From an uncultured delta proteobacterium (GTDB taxonomy: Bacteria > Desulfobacterota > Binatia > Bin18), in the NCBI GenBank assembly GCA_963733195.1, contig CAVTCR010000062.1, forward strand, positions 1-64,000: a DNA stretch of 64,000 nt. The letters run 5' to 3'. A program made the translations under genes and the position numbers. Below, piece by piece: positions 44,268 through 54,646 of this stretch. The notes under the pieces were generated by a model that did no database searches, was not told where the DNA came from, and saw only the letters and a program-made list of their open reading frames with translations. How positions within the stretch are numbered: the first letter of the stretch is position 1; every line of letters begins with the position of its first letter.

Positions 44268-45116
44268 ATGAAGCTTGGATTGTTCGGCATCAATATGAAT
44301 GTGTGTAGTGCCCCAGACGTCGCAGTTCGGACAGCAAAAGCGGCTGAAGTCGCGGGCTTTGAATCCGTCTGGACGGGAGAACACGTTGTTCTTCCCGACC
44401 CGCAAGCACCCCCTTCCCCGCTCCCTCCTCAGTCTCCGTTGCTTGATCCTGCCGTAGCACTTGCATTTATTGCTGCTCATACGACAAAAGTCAGACTCGG
44501 TACGGGCATCATCATTCTCCCACAACGCAACCCGCTCGTCCTGGCAAAGGAACTTGCCAGTGTCGATGTGGTGTCAAAGGGTCGTCTGATTTTCGGTCTT
44601 GGCATCGGCTATCTCAAAGCCGAATTCGACGCTTTGGGAATTCCGTTTGACAAGAAGGGTCCGCGCTCGATGGAGTATCTGCAAGCGATGCAGGCGGTCT
44701 GGACTCAGGAACAACCTGCGTATCAGGGTAAGTTTGTTTCGTTTGGCGGGATTCAAGCCAAACCCCAACCAGTACAGAAACCCTATCCTCCGGTTGTCAT
44801 CGGTGGACACACCCCAGAGGCATTTCGTCGGGCGGTCCAATATGCCAATGGTTGGTACGGCTTCGCTCTTGATCTGACCAAAACAGCTGAGTGTCTGGCT
44901 GGGTTAAAAAAGGCTGCACAAGAAGTGAATCGACCAAAAGCACTCGGGGAACTTGAAATTAGCATTACACCCGGGCCAACTCTCGATCTCGATACGGCAA
45001 AACGCTACGCGGATCTAGGAGTACACCGTGTGATTCCCTTTCCACGCGCCAAGACTGAACAGATCGTCCAGGACTTTATCAAGCAGAGTGCGGATACCTT
45101 GGCTGGGCGAATCTGA
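44268..45116 (+). CDS. LLM class F420-dependent oxidoreductase
   Basis: GFESVWTGEHVV, DP.V.L.F.AA.T..VRLGTG, DVVSKGR, P.PVQKP.PP. Confidence 0.88.
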   Translation: MKLGLFGINMNVCSAPDVAVRTAKAAEVAGFESVWTGEHVVLPDPQAPPSPLPPQSPLLDPAVALAFIAAHTTKVRLGTGIIILPQRNPLVLAKELASVDVVSKGRLIFGLGIGYLKAEFDALGIPFDKKGPRSMEYLQAMQAVWTQEQPAYQGKFVSFGGIQAKPQPVQKPYPPVVIGGHTPEAFRRAVQYANGWYGFALDLTKTAECLAGLKKAAQEVNRPKALGELEISITPGPTLDLDTAKRYADLGVHRVIPFPRAKTEQIVQDFIKQSADTLAGRI

Positions 45117-45249
45117 GAACGGCTCGGGATAAGGGGGGAAAAGGGTAAACGGATAGAAAGAGAACGAAGGAATCGTACGACCCTTCTTCATTTCCCCGTT
45201 TATCCATTTATTCCATTATACTCGAAGCGGTGATTTGCAGAATCAGTGA

Positions 45250-45804
45250 TTACAAAATATCAGAGACCAAGAGACTCACTTCACCCGGAAGAAGCAACGT
45301 ATCGCCGGAAACGGCAAACCGTTCCTGGCGATAACGTTGTGTCGCAGGGTCAGGGTCACTAAATACTTCGATGCGACGATCGACGAGATTCACGATCCAA
45401 TACTCTGGAATACCACTCTCTGCATAAGCGGTGACTTTACGCCTCCGATCGTAAGCGAGACTCGACCCTGCTACCTCAATCAGGAGCAGTATGTCACTTG
45501 CTTTTGGGTGCTCGTTTCGGTAGTGGTCCGGATCGAGACGACAAATGGCAATATCTGGCTCCGGTTCACTCCAATCGTTGAGGACAATTGGCACTTGTAT
45601 GCGAACGGTAAAATTTGCCCCAAGTAAACGAATAACCACAGTAGCAAGGCCACTCGTTGTTCCCGCATGTGGAGGATTCTGTGGTGGCATGGTGATGATC
45701 TCTCCGTCGAGCAACTCCACTCGTTCCTCAGCGAATAGTCCAGCCTCGCCCATACGATAGTATTCTTCGCGCGTAAAACGATGCGGTGTCGGTACGGCAA
45801 CCAT
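45250..45804 (-). CDS. Uma2 family endonuclease (DUF820)
   Basis: RVELLDGEII.M, EPEPD, LLIEVA.SSL.YDR, YAESGIPEYWIVNL. Confidence 0.92.
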   Translation of the reverse strand: MVAVPTPHRFTREEYYRMGEAGLFAEERVELLDGEIITMPPQNPPHAGTTSGLATVVIRLLGANFTVRIQVPIVLNDWSEPEPDIAICRLDPDHYRNEHPKASDILLLIEVAGSSLAYDRRRKVTAYAESGIPEYWIVNLVDRRIEVFSDPDPATQRYRQERFAVSGDTLLLPGEVSLLVSDIL

Positions 45805-45842
45805 GGCGAGATCCTAGATCAGTACAGGTAATCGATCAAGAC

Positions 45843-45878
45843 AAAAAAATCGGGACACGATATCTCGTGCCCCGAAAA
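45843..45878 (-). terminator. Intrinsic terminator after nuoG
   Basis: Minus strand CGGGGCACGA-GATA-TCGTGTCCCG followed by a T-run. Confidence 0.65.
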
Positions 45879-45906
45879 GAGAAAGCATTTTTTCCAGCGA
45901 CGCGAA

Positions 45907-47487
45907 CTAACTCGCCAGTGATACCCCTTGCGACCCAAGCTTACCGTGGGTAAGACCGGCAAAGGCAGACACTTTCTGTGCTAATTCGCCAAAGACTTCA
46001 GTGATTGATACAGGCTCAACGCCGCCGAGTTTCCCACGTAGAGTTGCAAGCGCCTCCCACCCGGCTTTTGCTTCACCTGGAGGAGGAAATGCCTGACGCG
46101 CACGCTGCACTCGTCCTGCATGATTCGTATAGGTCCCGTCGGTTTCCGGGGCGGTCCCGATCGGCAGGAGCACATCAGCGTACTCTGCTGTCCCACTGTA
46201 GTCAGTATCACAGACAATGACCTCGACGTCGCCTAATGCTTTGTCAAGTTTCTCTTGTGCAAAAGCAGCACTGAGGTCTGCGGCAAAAACTAAGAGGACT
46301 TTGATCTCCCCCTTCTCTGCTGCATTCAACACGTCCGCAGCCGTCGGTCCACCATTTAACAATCCAAGAGCTTGTAACCCCCGCGTGTTCGGGTTCTTGT
46401 CGGCTTTAATCAAGAAATCGTCATGAAACGCATTGGCCGGTGACCACGAAAGGCCAGCCACATTGGCTGTCCCGATCTGTTCTTGTAACAGACGAGAAAA
46501 CAAATATGCCTCCTCATTGGTCGCTTTGGCGCCAATAATCCCGGCAATCGCCTTCGCCCCGTGCTGCTCTTTAGCTTGGGAGACACGTTCGATCACTCTG
46601 TTCATAGCGTGTTCCCAGGAGATCGGCGCAAAGGTATCATTCTCACGGACAACTGGGCGAAGAATCCGGCTTTCCTTCTGTAACTCCTTGTACCAGAGAC
46701 GGCCTTCATCACACATCCAGTACTGATTCACCTCCTGATTGGAACGGGGGCGAAAGCGGAACATCTGCCCACGACGATGGTAAATATCGATGTTGCAGCC
46801 ATTTGCACACTTCGTGCAGACCGACTCAACTTTTTCGAGATACCACACACGCGCCTTGAAACGGAAATCCTTCTGCGTCAGTGCTCCGACCGGACAGACA
46901 TCAACCACATTTACTGAATAGGGGTTCTCGAGTTTCTTACCGGGAAAAAGATCGATGTAGGTGTGATCACCACGAGCAAAAAGACCAAGTTCACTCGTCT
47001 TCGTCACTTCATCAAGAAAGCGGGTACAGCGAGCGCAGAGAATACAGCGCTCTTGGTCGAGCACAACCTCTGGACCAATATCAACCACTTTCTTCTTCTC
47101 AACTTTCGCTTCCAAAGGAATCTGACTGTGGTGTTTGCCATAATCCATGTAGTAGTCTTGCAGTTTACACTCACCAGCCTGGTCACAAATGGGGCAGTCG
47201 ATCGGATGATTTACGAGAATGAATTCCAGGACCGCAGTTTGGGCAGCTTTCGCCTTCGGGCTCGCCGTTTTGACGACCATGCCTTCCGTAACCTTAGTGT
47301 TGCAGGCGATCTGTAACTTGGGCATCTTCTCGATTTCCACCAAGCACATACGGCAGTTGCCGGAGATGCTCAGCCCGGGATGATAACAATAGTGCGGCAC
47401 CTCGATATCAAGCTGTTCTGCCGCTTGGATCACGTTCCATCCGTCCGGGACAGTCACTTTTTTTCCGTCGATTTCGATTGTTGGCAT
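45907..47487 (-). CDS. nuoG: NADH-quinone oxidoreductase subunit G (short form)
   Basis: PHYCYHP, CRMCLVE, NHPIDCPICDQAGEC.LQ, RCILCARCTRF, CPVGAL. Confidence 0.92.
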   Translation of the reverse strand: MPTIEIDGKKVTVPDGWNVIQAAEQLDIEVPHYCYHPGLSISGNCRMCLVEIEKMPKLQIACNTKVTEGMVVKTASPKAKAAQTAVLEFILVNHPIDCPICDQAGECKLQDYYMDYGKHHSQIPLEAKVEKKKVVDIGPEVVLDQERCILCARCTRFLDEVTKTSELGLFARGDHTYIDLFPGKKLENPYSVNVVDVCPVGALTQKDFRFKARVWYLEKVESVCTKCANGCNIDIYHRRGQMFRFRPRSNQEVNQYWMCDEGRLWYKELQKESRILRPVVRENDTFAPISWEHAMNRVIERVSQAKEQHGAKAIAGIIGAKATNEEAYLFSRLLQEQIGTANVAGLSWSPANAFHDDFLIKADKNPNTRGLQALGLLNGGPTAADVLNAAEKGEIKVLLVFAADLSAAFAQEKLDKALGDVEVIVCDTDYSGTAEYADVLLPIGTAPETDGTYTNHAGRVQRARQAFPPPGEAKAGWEALATLRGKLGGVEPVSITEVFGELAQKVSAFAGLTHGKLGSQGVSLAS

Positions 47488-47593
47488 TTGTTCCTCAGGT
47501 CAGTTGTCAGTGGCCAGTTTTCAGTTACCAGTGAGGAAGTTTTGATTCCTTTTTACTGACAACTGATTACTGAGAACTGACAACTTCTTTCAT

Positions 47594-48900
47594 TCACGCG
47601 GCATGCTGGTGGTGACGCTGCACGCTGTCTTCCTTCTTAAACGGACACCGTCCAAGAGTCACATGCGCAACGAATTCATCCTTGAACTTTGACAAGAAAG
47701 CTCTGCGTCGGCATCGCCGCAGCATCAGCCAACACACAGACAGTATTTCCCGTCATGTTGGTCGAAATCTGTATCCATCAGCTCGATGTCTTCGAGCTTG
47801 CCATTGCCTTCTTCGAGGCGGACTAACAGTTTGTGGAGCCAGCCAGTCCCTTCGCGACACGGTGAACACTGGCCACAGGACTCATGATGATAAAAGCGAT
47901 CAATAATTTCCAGAGCTTTCACCATGCAGGTATCTTCATCCATGACGATCACACCCGCCGAGCCAAGAAAGGCGTTAATCTTGCGCATGGAATCGAAATC
48001 CATCGGCGCATCGATCTGGTCAGGCGTCAGTAGCGGGAAAGAGGAACCACCGGGCATCACCGCTTTGAGTTTTTTACCGCCACGGATACCGCCGCAATGG
48101 TCATACAGCAGCGTCCGCAATGGAATCCCCATCGGCAGCTCGTAGAGGCCAGGTTTCTCAACATGTCCGCTCACGCAGAAAAGTTTCGGTCCCGGACCAC
48201 TTTCCGGTCCAATCGATTTGAACCACTGGGCACCATTCTGAATAATCATTGGGACGCACGCCAGCGTTTCGACATTGTTGACAATGGTCGGACAGCCGAA
48301 TAATCCGTATACCGCCGGAAACGGGGGTTTGATGCGCGGATACGCACGCTTGCCTTCAAGCGATTCGATCAGACCAGTCTCTTCACCGCAAATGTACGCA
48401 CCAGCACCACGGTGCACATACACATCCAGATCATAGCCAGTGCCAAAGATATTCTTGCCGAGATAGCCTTTGGCGTACGCCTCAGCAATTTGCTCTTCTA
48501 GCCGTTGGGCGCCAAAGACAAACTCGCCACGAATGTAAATGTAGCAAACGTGCGACTTAATTGCGTAAGCAGAGATCAAACACCCTTCAAGCAGGATGTG
48601 CGTATTCCACTCGATAAGCGCTCGATCTTTGAACGTGCCCGGTTCACTTTCGTCGGCATTGCAGCACAGGTAGACAGGTTTCTGGGAGTCCTTGGGAAGA
48701 AATCCCCACTTCATGCCGCAACCAAAACCGGCTCCACCACGGCCACGCAGGTTCGAGGCTTTGACCTGGTCAACGACTTCTTCCGGCTTCATCGTGGTTA
48801 GTGCTTTACGGGCAGCTTCGTAACCACCGTGTGCGAGATAGACATCGAGTTGATGAAAGTTAGGAATATCAAGATGGCGCAGCAATACCTTTTCGGCCAT
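47594..48900 (-). CDS. nuoF: NADH-quinone oxidoreductase subunit F (C-terminal frameshifts)
   Basis: LRGRGGAGF, CNADESEPGTFKDR, GAGAYICGEET, NNVET, ESCGQCSPCREG. Confidence 0.94.
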
Positions 48901-48987
48901 GCATCATGCCTCGTTTCACATAAAGTGTAAGTCGTTGGGAATCATAGAAAAAATGCAGAGAGAGCATATCGACCCAGGTTTTTACTG

Positions 48988-49826
48988 TCAACGGTATTCG
49001 CTACTAGCATAGGCATTCGCGAGCACTGCAAACTCCACTAGGCTCAACGTCTCACCTCGTCGCTGGAAATCGATACCGGTTTTCTTACTCACTTCATCGA
49101 GATTCTCGTAACCAGCGGATCGCAAGGTATTCCGCAATGTTTTCCTCCGTTGTGCAAAAGCCGCTTTCACAAGGCGGCGAAACCCTGCTTCATCTTCTAC
49201 CGCCGCTCGGGGCTGTTGTTGAAATTCAATACGGATCACTTGCGATTCGACCTTGGGTGGCGGAAAAAAACTCCGTGGACTAACGGTACACACCGTCGAG
49301 ACTGTCCCATAGAGTTGGGTCAGAACAGATGGTACTCCGTAGGCTTTTGTTCCTGGTGCCGCCGTTAATCGTTCGGCAACTTCCTTCTGAATCATCACTG
49401 TCGCAGTACGGAATTTGTTTCGATGCTCCAGCAGCCGAAAGAGGATCGGGGTCGCGACGTTGTAGGGCAAGCTTGCTACCACGTGAATTTCCGGTTCGGG
49501 AAATGTCGCAGCCAGATCGAGCGCAAGAAAATCGGCAGTGACGACATGCACTGTTCGTTCTTGGCGAACTGTTTCTCTAATCGAGCAGCCAGAACAGTAT
49601 CGACATCAACGAGATACAGACGTGCAGCCCGTGCAGCTAGCTCGCGGGACAGTACACCAAGACCAGGACCGATTTCGAGGATTGTATATTGAGGACGAAT
49701 CTGTGCAGCTTCTACCATCCGTTGGACAATCGCTGGATTGACAAGAAAGTGTTGGCCAAGCTGCTTGTGTGGGCGTACACCCAAATCTGCCAGCGCAAAG
49801 CGCGTTTCTTGTAGAAGAGTAGTCAC
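48988..49826 (-). CDS. rsmA: 16S rRNA adenine dimethyltransferase (frameshift near 49550)
   Basis: KQLGQHFL, LEIGPGLG, (S)LPYNV, MIQKEVA.RL, PPPKVES, AFAQRRKTLRN. Confidence 0.92.
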
Positions 49827-49829
49827 GCG

Positions 49830-50864
49830 CTAAAGCGGAAGTGTCGCCGATGCGTTAAGTTGTAGAGATGCTCGCTGTCCACATGCCAACCGCCACGCCC
49901 CAGCAAAAGCAATCATTGCTGCGTTGTCGGTGCACAATTTTAGCGACGGAAAAAAGACAGGAATATTTGTACTTTCCCCCTTTTTCACCATCTGCTGACG
50001 CAGACGCGAATTGGCAGAGACTCCACCAGAGACAACAATGCGTTTTACCCCAAGATCACGGGCAGCTCGAAACGTTCCTTCCATCAGCATATCAACAATC
50101 GCTTCTTGATAACTCGCAACAATATCCTCGTCTCGACAAGTACTACGTTCCGGAGTGGCGAGAAACTGGCGCAGGGCGGTTTTGAGCCCGCTAAAGCTGA
50201 AATCGTACTTTCCTGTCCCTTCGACGGAGTTTATCCTGAGCGAAGTCGAAGGGTCGGAAGGTTTTAAGTGGGCACGAGGAAATCGTATTGCATGTGGGTC
50301 TCCCTGCTGCGCCAGTCGATCGATAATTCGGCCGCCAGGGTATCCAAGACCAAGCATTTTTGCCCCCTTGTCGAAGGCTTCACCTGCTGCGTCGTCTCGG
50401 GTTGCACCAAGCAAACGATATTCCCCCCAGTTAGCAGCCAAGTATAATGCCGAATGACCACCAGACACCAACAGACAAAGGAAAGGAAATTCTACGTTTT
50501 CCTGAAGCAACGCCGCCAACAGGTGACCTTCAAGATGGTTCACTCCTATCAACGGGAGTTGTTGCGCCATTGCTAAGGCTTTCGCAACTGATACACCAAC
50601 AAGCAACGATCCCACTAGACCAGGACCGCATGTCACAGCAATACCGTCAAGCTGTTCAAGCCGCACCTGCGCTTGCGCGAGTGCTTGGTCGATGATCGGC
50701 AGAATATTCTCCATGTGATGCCGTGAGGCAAGTTCAGGAACAACTCCACCATAGCAGCCATGGACGTGGTCTTGTGACGACACAATACTGGCACGAATCT
50801 CTGTCCCGTGCAGCACTGCTGCCGCAGTATCATCACAGGAAGTCTCTATTCCGAGCACAAACAA
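49830..50864 (-). CDS. tsaD: tRNA N6-adenosine threonylcarbamoyltransferase
   Basis: LGIETSCDDT, GGVVPELASRHH, VNHLEGH, VSGGH, DDAAGEAFDK, FSFSGLKT, CTDNAAMI. Confidence 0.96.
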   Translation of the reverse strand: MFVLGIETSCDDTAAAVLHGTEIRASIVSSQDHVHGCYGGVVPELASRHHMENILPIIDQALAQAQVRLEQLDGIAVTCGPGLVGSLLVGVSVAKALAMAQQLPLIGVNHLEGHLLAALLQENVEFPFLCLLVSGGHSALYLAANWGEYRLLGATRDDAAGEAFDKGAKMLGLGYPGGRIIDRLAQQGDPHAIRFPRAHLKPSDPSTSLRINSVEGTGKYDFSFSGLKTALRQFLATPERSTCRDEDIVASYQEAIVDMLMEGTFRAARDLGVKRIVVSGGVSANSRLRQQMVKKGESTNIPVFFPSLKLCTDNAAMIAFAGAWRLACGQRASLQLNASATLPL

Positions 50865-50868
50865 TGGC

Positions 50869-51672
50869 TTACTGTGAAACGGTATCGTCAGAATCCGGCT
50901 CCTCTCCTGCGAGGCGCGCGAGTGCACTCATCGCGCGTAAATTCTGCGGAAACAGCTGCAAACTCTTCCGGTATGCTCTACGTGCCTGCAGTAGCTCACC
51001 TAAATCTTCATACACCGCGCCCTGGGCACCCATCGCCTCACTTCGCCACGCCTGATCTCCACGGATCAACAGGATGTCAGCTTTTCGTAACAGGGGAAGC
51101 GCTTTTTGATGTTCGCCGCGATTCAGCGCTAATTTGCCTAAGAAGTAATAGCTATACGGCTGCAGCGGAGCAACTTCGATGGCCCGTTCAAAGAGCGTTC
51201 GTGCTCGCGCAAAATCCTCCTTGTCCATCGCTTCGATTCCTGCCGCAACGAAACTCACTGCAACCTGCTCGCGTGGTAGCAAAGAATTCATGTCGGGAAG
51301 AGCCGGTGGACCACTTGTCACGACTAGGGACTCTTCGGGACTACTCTCATCAGGAGATATGTTGGGATCAGACGAGAGTGACGTTGGAGCGTCTTCTGAC
51401 GGAACAGATGGTATAGCACCTGAATCTCGATGAGAAAAATCCTCTTCACTTTCAGGATACCGATCACGTCTTTCCTCATCAGCACCGTCCTCATCTGCGA
51501 ATTCATCATCTGGCGCGACTCTTCGCGAATCAGGAGGTAGATCCTCTTCGTCAAACGTTTGCTCTGAATCCTCCAGTGAATGTTCCTGTGCATACGGTTG
51601 CCGTTCCGAAATGGACAGCGAGAGTACTAATAGAGTAACCGCAGCGACAGTGATGCTTTTTACGTATTGCAT
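50869..51672 (-). CDS. Exported TPR protein with an acidic disordered N-region
   Basis: Signal peptide, D/E-rich segment, TPR motifs (ARTLFERAIEVAP..PYSYYFLG). Confidence 0.75.
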   Translation of the reverse strand: MQYVKSITVAAVTLLVLSLSISERQPYAQEHSLEDSEQTFDEEDLPPDSRRVAPDDEFADEDGADEERRDRYPESEEDFSHRDSGAIPSVPSEDAPTSLSSDPNISPDESSPEESLVVTSGPPALPDMNSLLPREQVAVSFVAAGIEAMDKEDFARARTLFERAIEVAPLQPYSYYFLGKLALNRGEHQKALPLLRKADILLIRGDQAWRSEAMGAQGAVYEDLGELLQARRAYRKSLQLFPQNLRAMSALARLAGEEPDSDDTVSQ

Positions 51673-51678
51673 AAATGC

Positions 51679-54102
51679 TCAAAACAGCTGCCACCAAGGC
51701 TTCTCTCTTGCTGGAGTGCGAGGTAGTTGTTGATCAGCGCGAGGACGAGAGTGGCTCACATCCTGTCCTTCCTGTTCATCAACGCGGTCTCGATCGGGCG
51801 TAGCTTCAATCGGGACAACCCTTGACGCGTGGCGTGGGCAGGGTTGGTAAGGCTCTTCCCCTTCATAAAAAGCTTCGTCGAGCACCACTGGGCACTGCTC
51901 AGTCGCACGGAAACCAGTTAGCGGATCAATCGGTACCAACGTCACTCCTGGCGGAGGAATAAATTCTGCTCGAGGCTGACCAGCTGTCACTTGCTTCATA
52001 AAGGTCGTCCAAATTGGTAACGCAGCTTGCGCACCAGAGAGACCCAAGGGTTGACGTTGATCGAAGCCGACCCAAACAACCGTCACAAGGTCCGGCGTAT
52101 ACCCCACGAACCACGCATCCCCATAATCGTTGGTCGTCCCTGTTTTCCCTGCCGCAGGAAAAGTAAATCCTCGCTCCCGTGCCGCACGTCCGGTACCGCG
52201 ATCGAGTACCCCTTCGAGGAGATGGGTGATCATGTAAGCATCCGCTGGAGGAACAACTTGTTTCATCTCAATACCATGCTGGACAAGTGTTTCGCCCTGC
52301 TGATTAGAAACAAGTTTGATAGGCCGGGGTACAGTACGTATACCCTGATTGGCAATGGCGCTGAACGCAACGGCGACCTCAAAGGGAGTAACCTCTCCGG
52401 CCCCAAGTACCAGTGAGGGATATTGCGGCAACGGGCTGACAAAGCCGACATTCTTAGCGGTCTGGCGGATCGGTTCCAGACCGATCTCTTGCGCCAAACG
52501 AGCAGTTGCGGCATTCAGAGAAAGCTCAAGCGCCCGCCGCAAGGAGACTGTTCCAAGATAGCGATTATTGTAGTTTCCAGGGTTCCACGATTCTCCTTGA
52601 AACGCCCATGTAAATGGAACATCTTCGAGGCGACTCGATGGCAAAAATCGCCCTTCCCTTTTTTCCCGTTCTCTACTCAGCGCGGTCAAAAAAACGACAG
52701 GTTTGAACACAGACCCCAGTTGACGATGGGCTTGAGTCACACGATTGAACTGTGAGGTCTGGTAATCTCGACCACCAATCATTGCCCGGATCGCACCGGT
52801 CTGCGGTTGCATGGCAATAAGACAGGCTTGGAGTTGTTCTTCCGGTGTCGACCGTCGCAAACGTGGGTACTTTGTCTCCAGTTCTTTCAATCCCTTTTGC
52901 ACCGCAGTGTAAGCATGCTCTTGGAGGCGGAGGTCGAGGGAGGTCAATACACGAAGACCAGAGGTCGTCAGCGTACTGTCAGGAAACTGCTCAGCTAGAG
53001 TTTTCCTTATGAAATCCGCAAAATATGGCGCATTATTATCATCGGGAGGAAGCGTTCGTGGAACGATCTTCTCTTTGAGTGCGGCATCGTACTCTTCTGC
53101 ACTGACATGGCCCAACTCACGCATCCGCTGCAAGACATAGTTCCGTCGTGGAATGATACGATCTGGATGGCGGAGGGGAGAATATGTATTGGGTGCCTTC
53201 ACCATCCCCGCCAGCACAGCTACCTCTCCCAGGGTTAAGTCACGTGGCTCTTTCCCGAAATAGACCCGAGCGGCCTCCCACATACCGAAAATACCCTTTG
53301 CCCCATTCTGTCCGAGATAGATTTCGTTGAGATAATTCTCCAGGATTTCCAGTTTCGAGTAGTGCATTTCAACGATCGTTGCCATGCCAATTTCGACGAC
53401 CTTACGACTAAAAACTTTCTCTTGCGAAAGAAAAAAGTTCTTCACTAACTGTTGGGTAAGGGTGCTTCCGCCTTGCACTGGTCGGCGCGCGAGGAGATTG
53501 GCACGGACCGCCCCAAAAATGCGCCAGAGGTCGACACCTTCATGCTCAAAAAAGCGATGATCTTCAGCCGCAAGTAACGCTTTCACGAGCTGAGAGGGAA
53601 CATCATAGAGCTTGATTACACGGCGATCCCCCCAGGCACGGTCATACACACTTGTTACAACCTCAGGTTCAAGTTCGACAAACGGTAACGTCGAACCTTC
53701 GTCAAGATCAGCAACACGCTCAATCCGTCCCTGCCGAAGCAAAAGGGAAACTCGCTGTGCCTGCGCTATCGCTTGTGGAAAAGGAGAGTCACGCAGCGAA
53801 AGCTGGAGGCTGCCGGTCTTTTGATCGTACAGATACTCACCTCGCGCTTGGATAACCCCACTGACAGGACGGTAATCAAGGCGTGTGAGGTGCGCGAAGA
53901 GCTTCTTCGCTTCGATCTGAGCCCCTGGATATAGCAATAGGGGTTCCGCGTAAATTTTCGACGGCACTTCCCATTGATGAGAAGAAAACCGAGTAACGAC
54001 TTCGTTTTCTAGTTCACGATAGAACTGCCATCCGACAACGGTAGTAAGTAACAACACAAGGGGAAATGCTGCAAATGCACTTCCCCAAAAAATCCGACGC
54101 AT
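51679..54102 (-). CDS. mrcB: Class A penicillin-binding protein (PBP1b-like)
   Basis: TM anchor, UB2H-like region, EDHRFFEH, GGSTLTQQ, SVFK, SLN, KTG. Confidence 0.9.
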   Translation of the reverse strand: MRRIFWGSAFAAFPLVLLLTTVVGWQFYRELENEVVTRFSSHQWEVPSKIYAEPLLLYPGAQIEAKKLFAHLTRLDYRPVSGVIQARGEYLYDQKTGSLQLSLRDSPFPQAIAQAQRVSLLLRQGRIERVADLDEGSTLPFVELEPEVVTSVYDRAWGDRRVIKLYDVPSQLVKALLAAEDHRFFEHEGVDLWRIFGAVRANLLARRPVQGGSTLTQQLVKNFFLSQEKVFSRKVVEIGMATIVEMHYSKLEILENYLNEIYLGQNGAKGIFGMWEAARVYFGKEPRDLTLGEVAVLAGMVKAPNTYSPLRHPDRIIPRRNYVLQRMRELGHVSAEEYDAALKEKIVPRTLPPDDNNAPYFADFIRKTLAEQFPDSTLTTSGLRVLTSLDLRLQEHAYTAVQKGLKELETKYPRLRRSTPEEQLQACLIAMQPQTGAIRAMIGGRDYQTSQFNRVTQAHRQLGSVFKPVVFLTALSREREKREGRFLPSSRLEDVPFTWAFQGESWNPGNYNNRYLGTVSLRRALELSLNAATARLAQEIGLEPIRQTAKNVGFVSPLPQYPSLVLGAGEVTPFEVAVAFSAIANQGIRTVPRPIKLVSNQQGETLVQHGIEMKQVVPPADAYMITHLLEGVLDRGTGRAARERGFTFPAAGKTGTTNDYGDAWFVGYTPDLVTVVWVGFDQRQPLGLSGAQAALPIWTTFMKQVTAGQPRAEFIPPPGVTLVPIDPLTGFRATEQCPVVLDEAFYEGEEPYQPCPRHASRVVPIEATPDRDRVDEQEGQDVSHSRPRADQQLPRTPAREKPWWQLF

Positions 54103-54118
54103 GATTTTTCTCGGTCGC

Positions 54119-54553
54119 CTACCGACCTTTCTTGGCTAAGTCAACGTAGCGCATACGCAAATCGAAAAGCGCATTCTCCAACATTGCCGCCTCGCCTGCA
54201 TCAAGGTTACCCTTGGTCTTTTGTTGCAGCATGGCAAGTACCTCAATCATTTGCTGTGCTGCGGAAAGGTCCATGTGCGGAGATTGTCCCGGCGCCGGTG
54301 GCATTTCACCCATATACATTAAGGCTTGAGTACTAAGCCCTAGGATGAAGCTGGCAAATGATATCTCAACCTTAGGCGAGGACGCTCGTTCGGTTCTCGC
54401 CTGACTGGGAGGAGGTGACTCTTGTTGCGGATCTGCCTTTGCTTCCGTCTTTTCTGTTTCCTCTGTGGCTCGAGGCTCCCCCGTATCCGGTGAAAACCGC
54501 CGACGATCTTGCACCCGAAAACCTCGATTATTTTCCTGTTCTTCCTCTGCCAT
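54119..54553 (-). CDS. DUF1844 family protein
   Basis: GFRVQDRRRF, F..FI..L..QAL..MG, L.ML..KTKGNL...E...L...L.DLRMRYV. Confidence 0.85.
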   Translation of the reverse strand: MAEEEQENNRGFRVQDRRRFSPDTGEPRATEETEKTEAKADPQQESPPPSQARTERASSPKVEISFASFILGLSTQALMYMGEMPPAPGQSPHMDLSAAQQMIEVLAMLQQKTKGNLDAGEAAMLENALFDLRMRYVDLAKKGR

Positions 54554-54646
54554 AGATACAGCCTCCAAGATAAACAATATCGAGTAGAGTTGTTTTGTTC
54601 TTGTCTCCGAACTTAATATATCGCCGTTTTTGGTGTGAAAGGAAGC

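Noticed and set aside
14771-45804. Single defence island (NYN, VapBC, MntA/HepT, Uma2)
   Set aside because: These genes are dispersed among housekeeping operons, not clustered.
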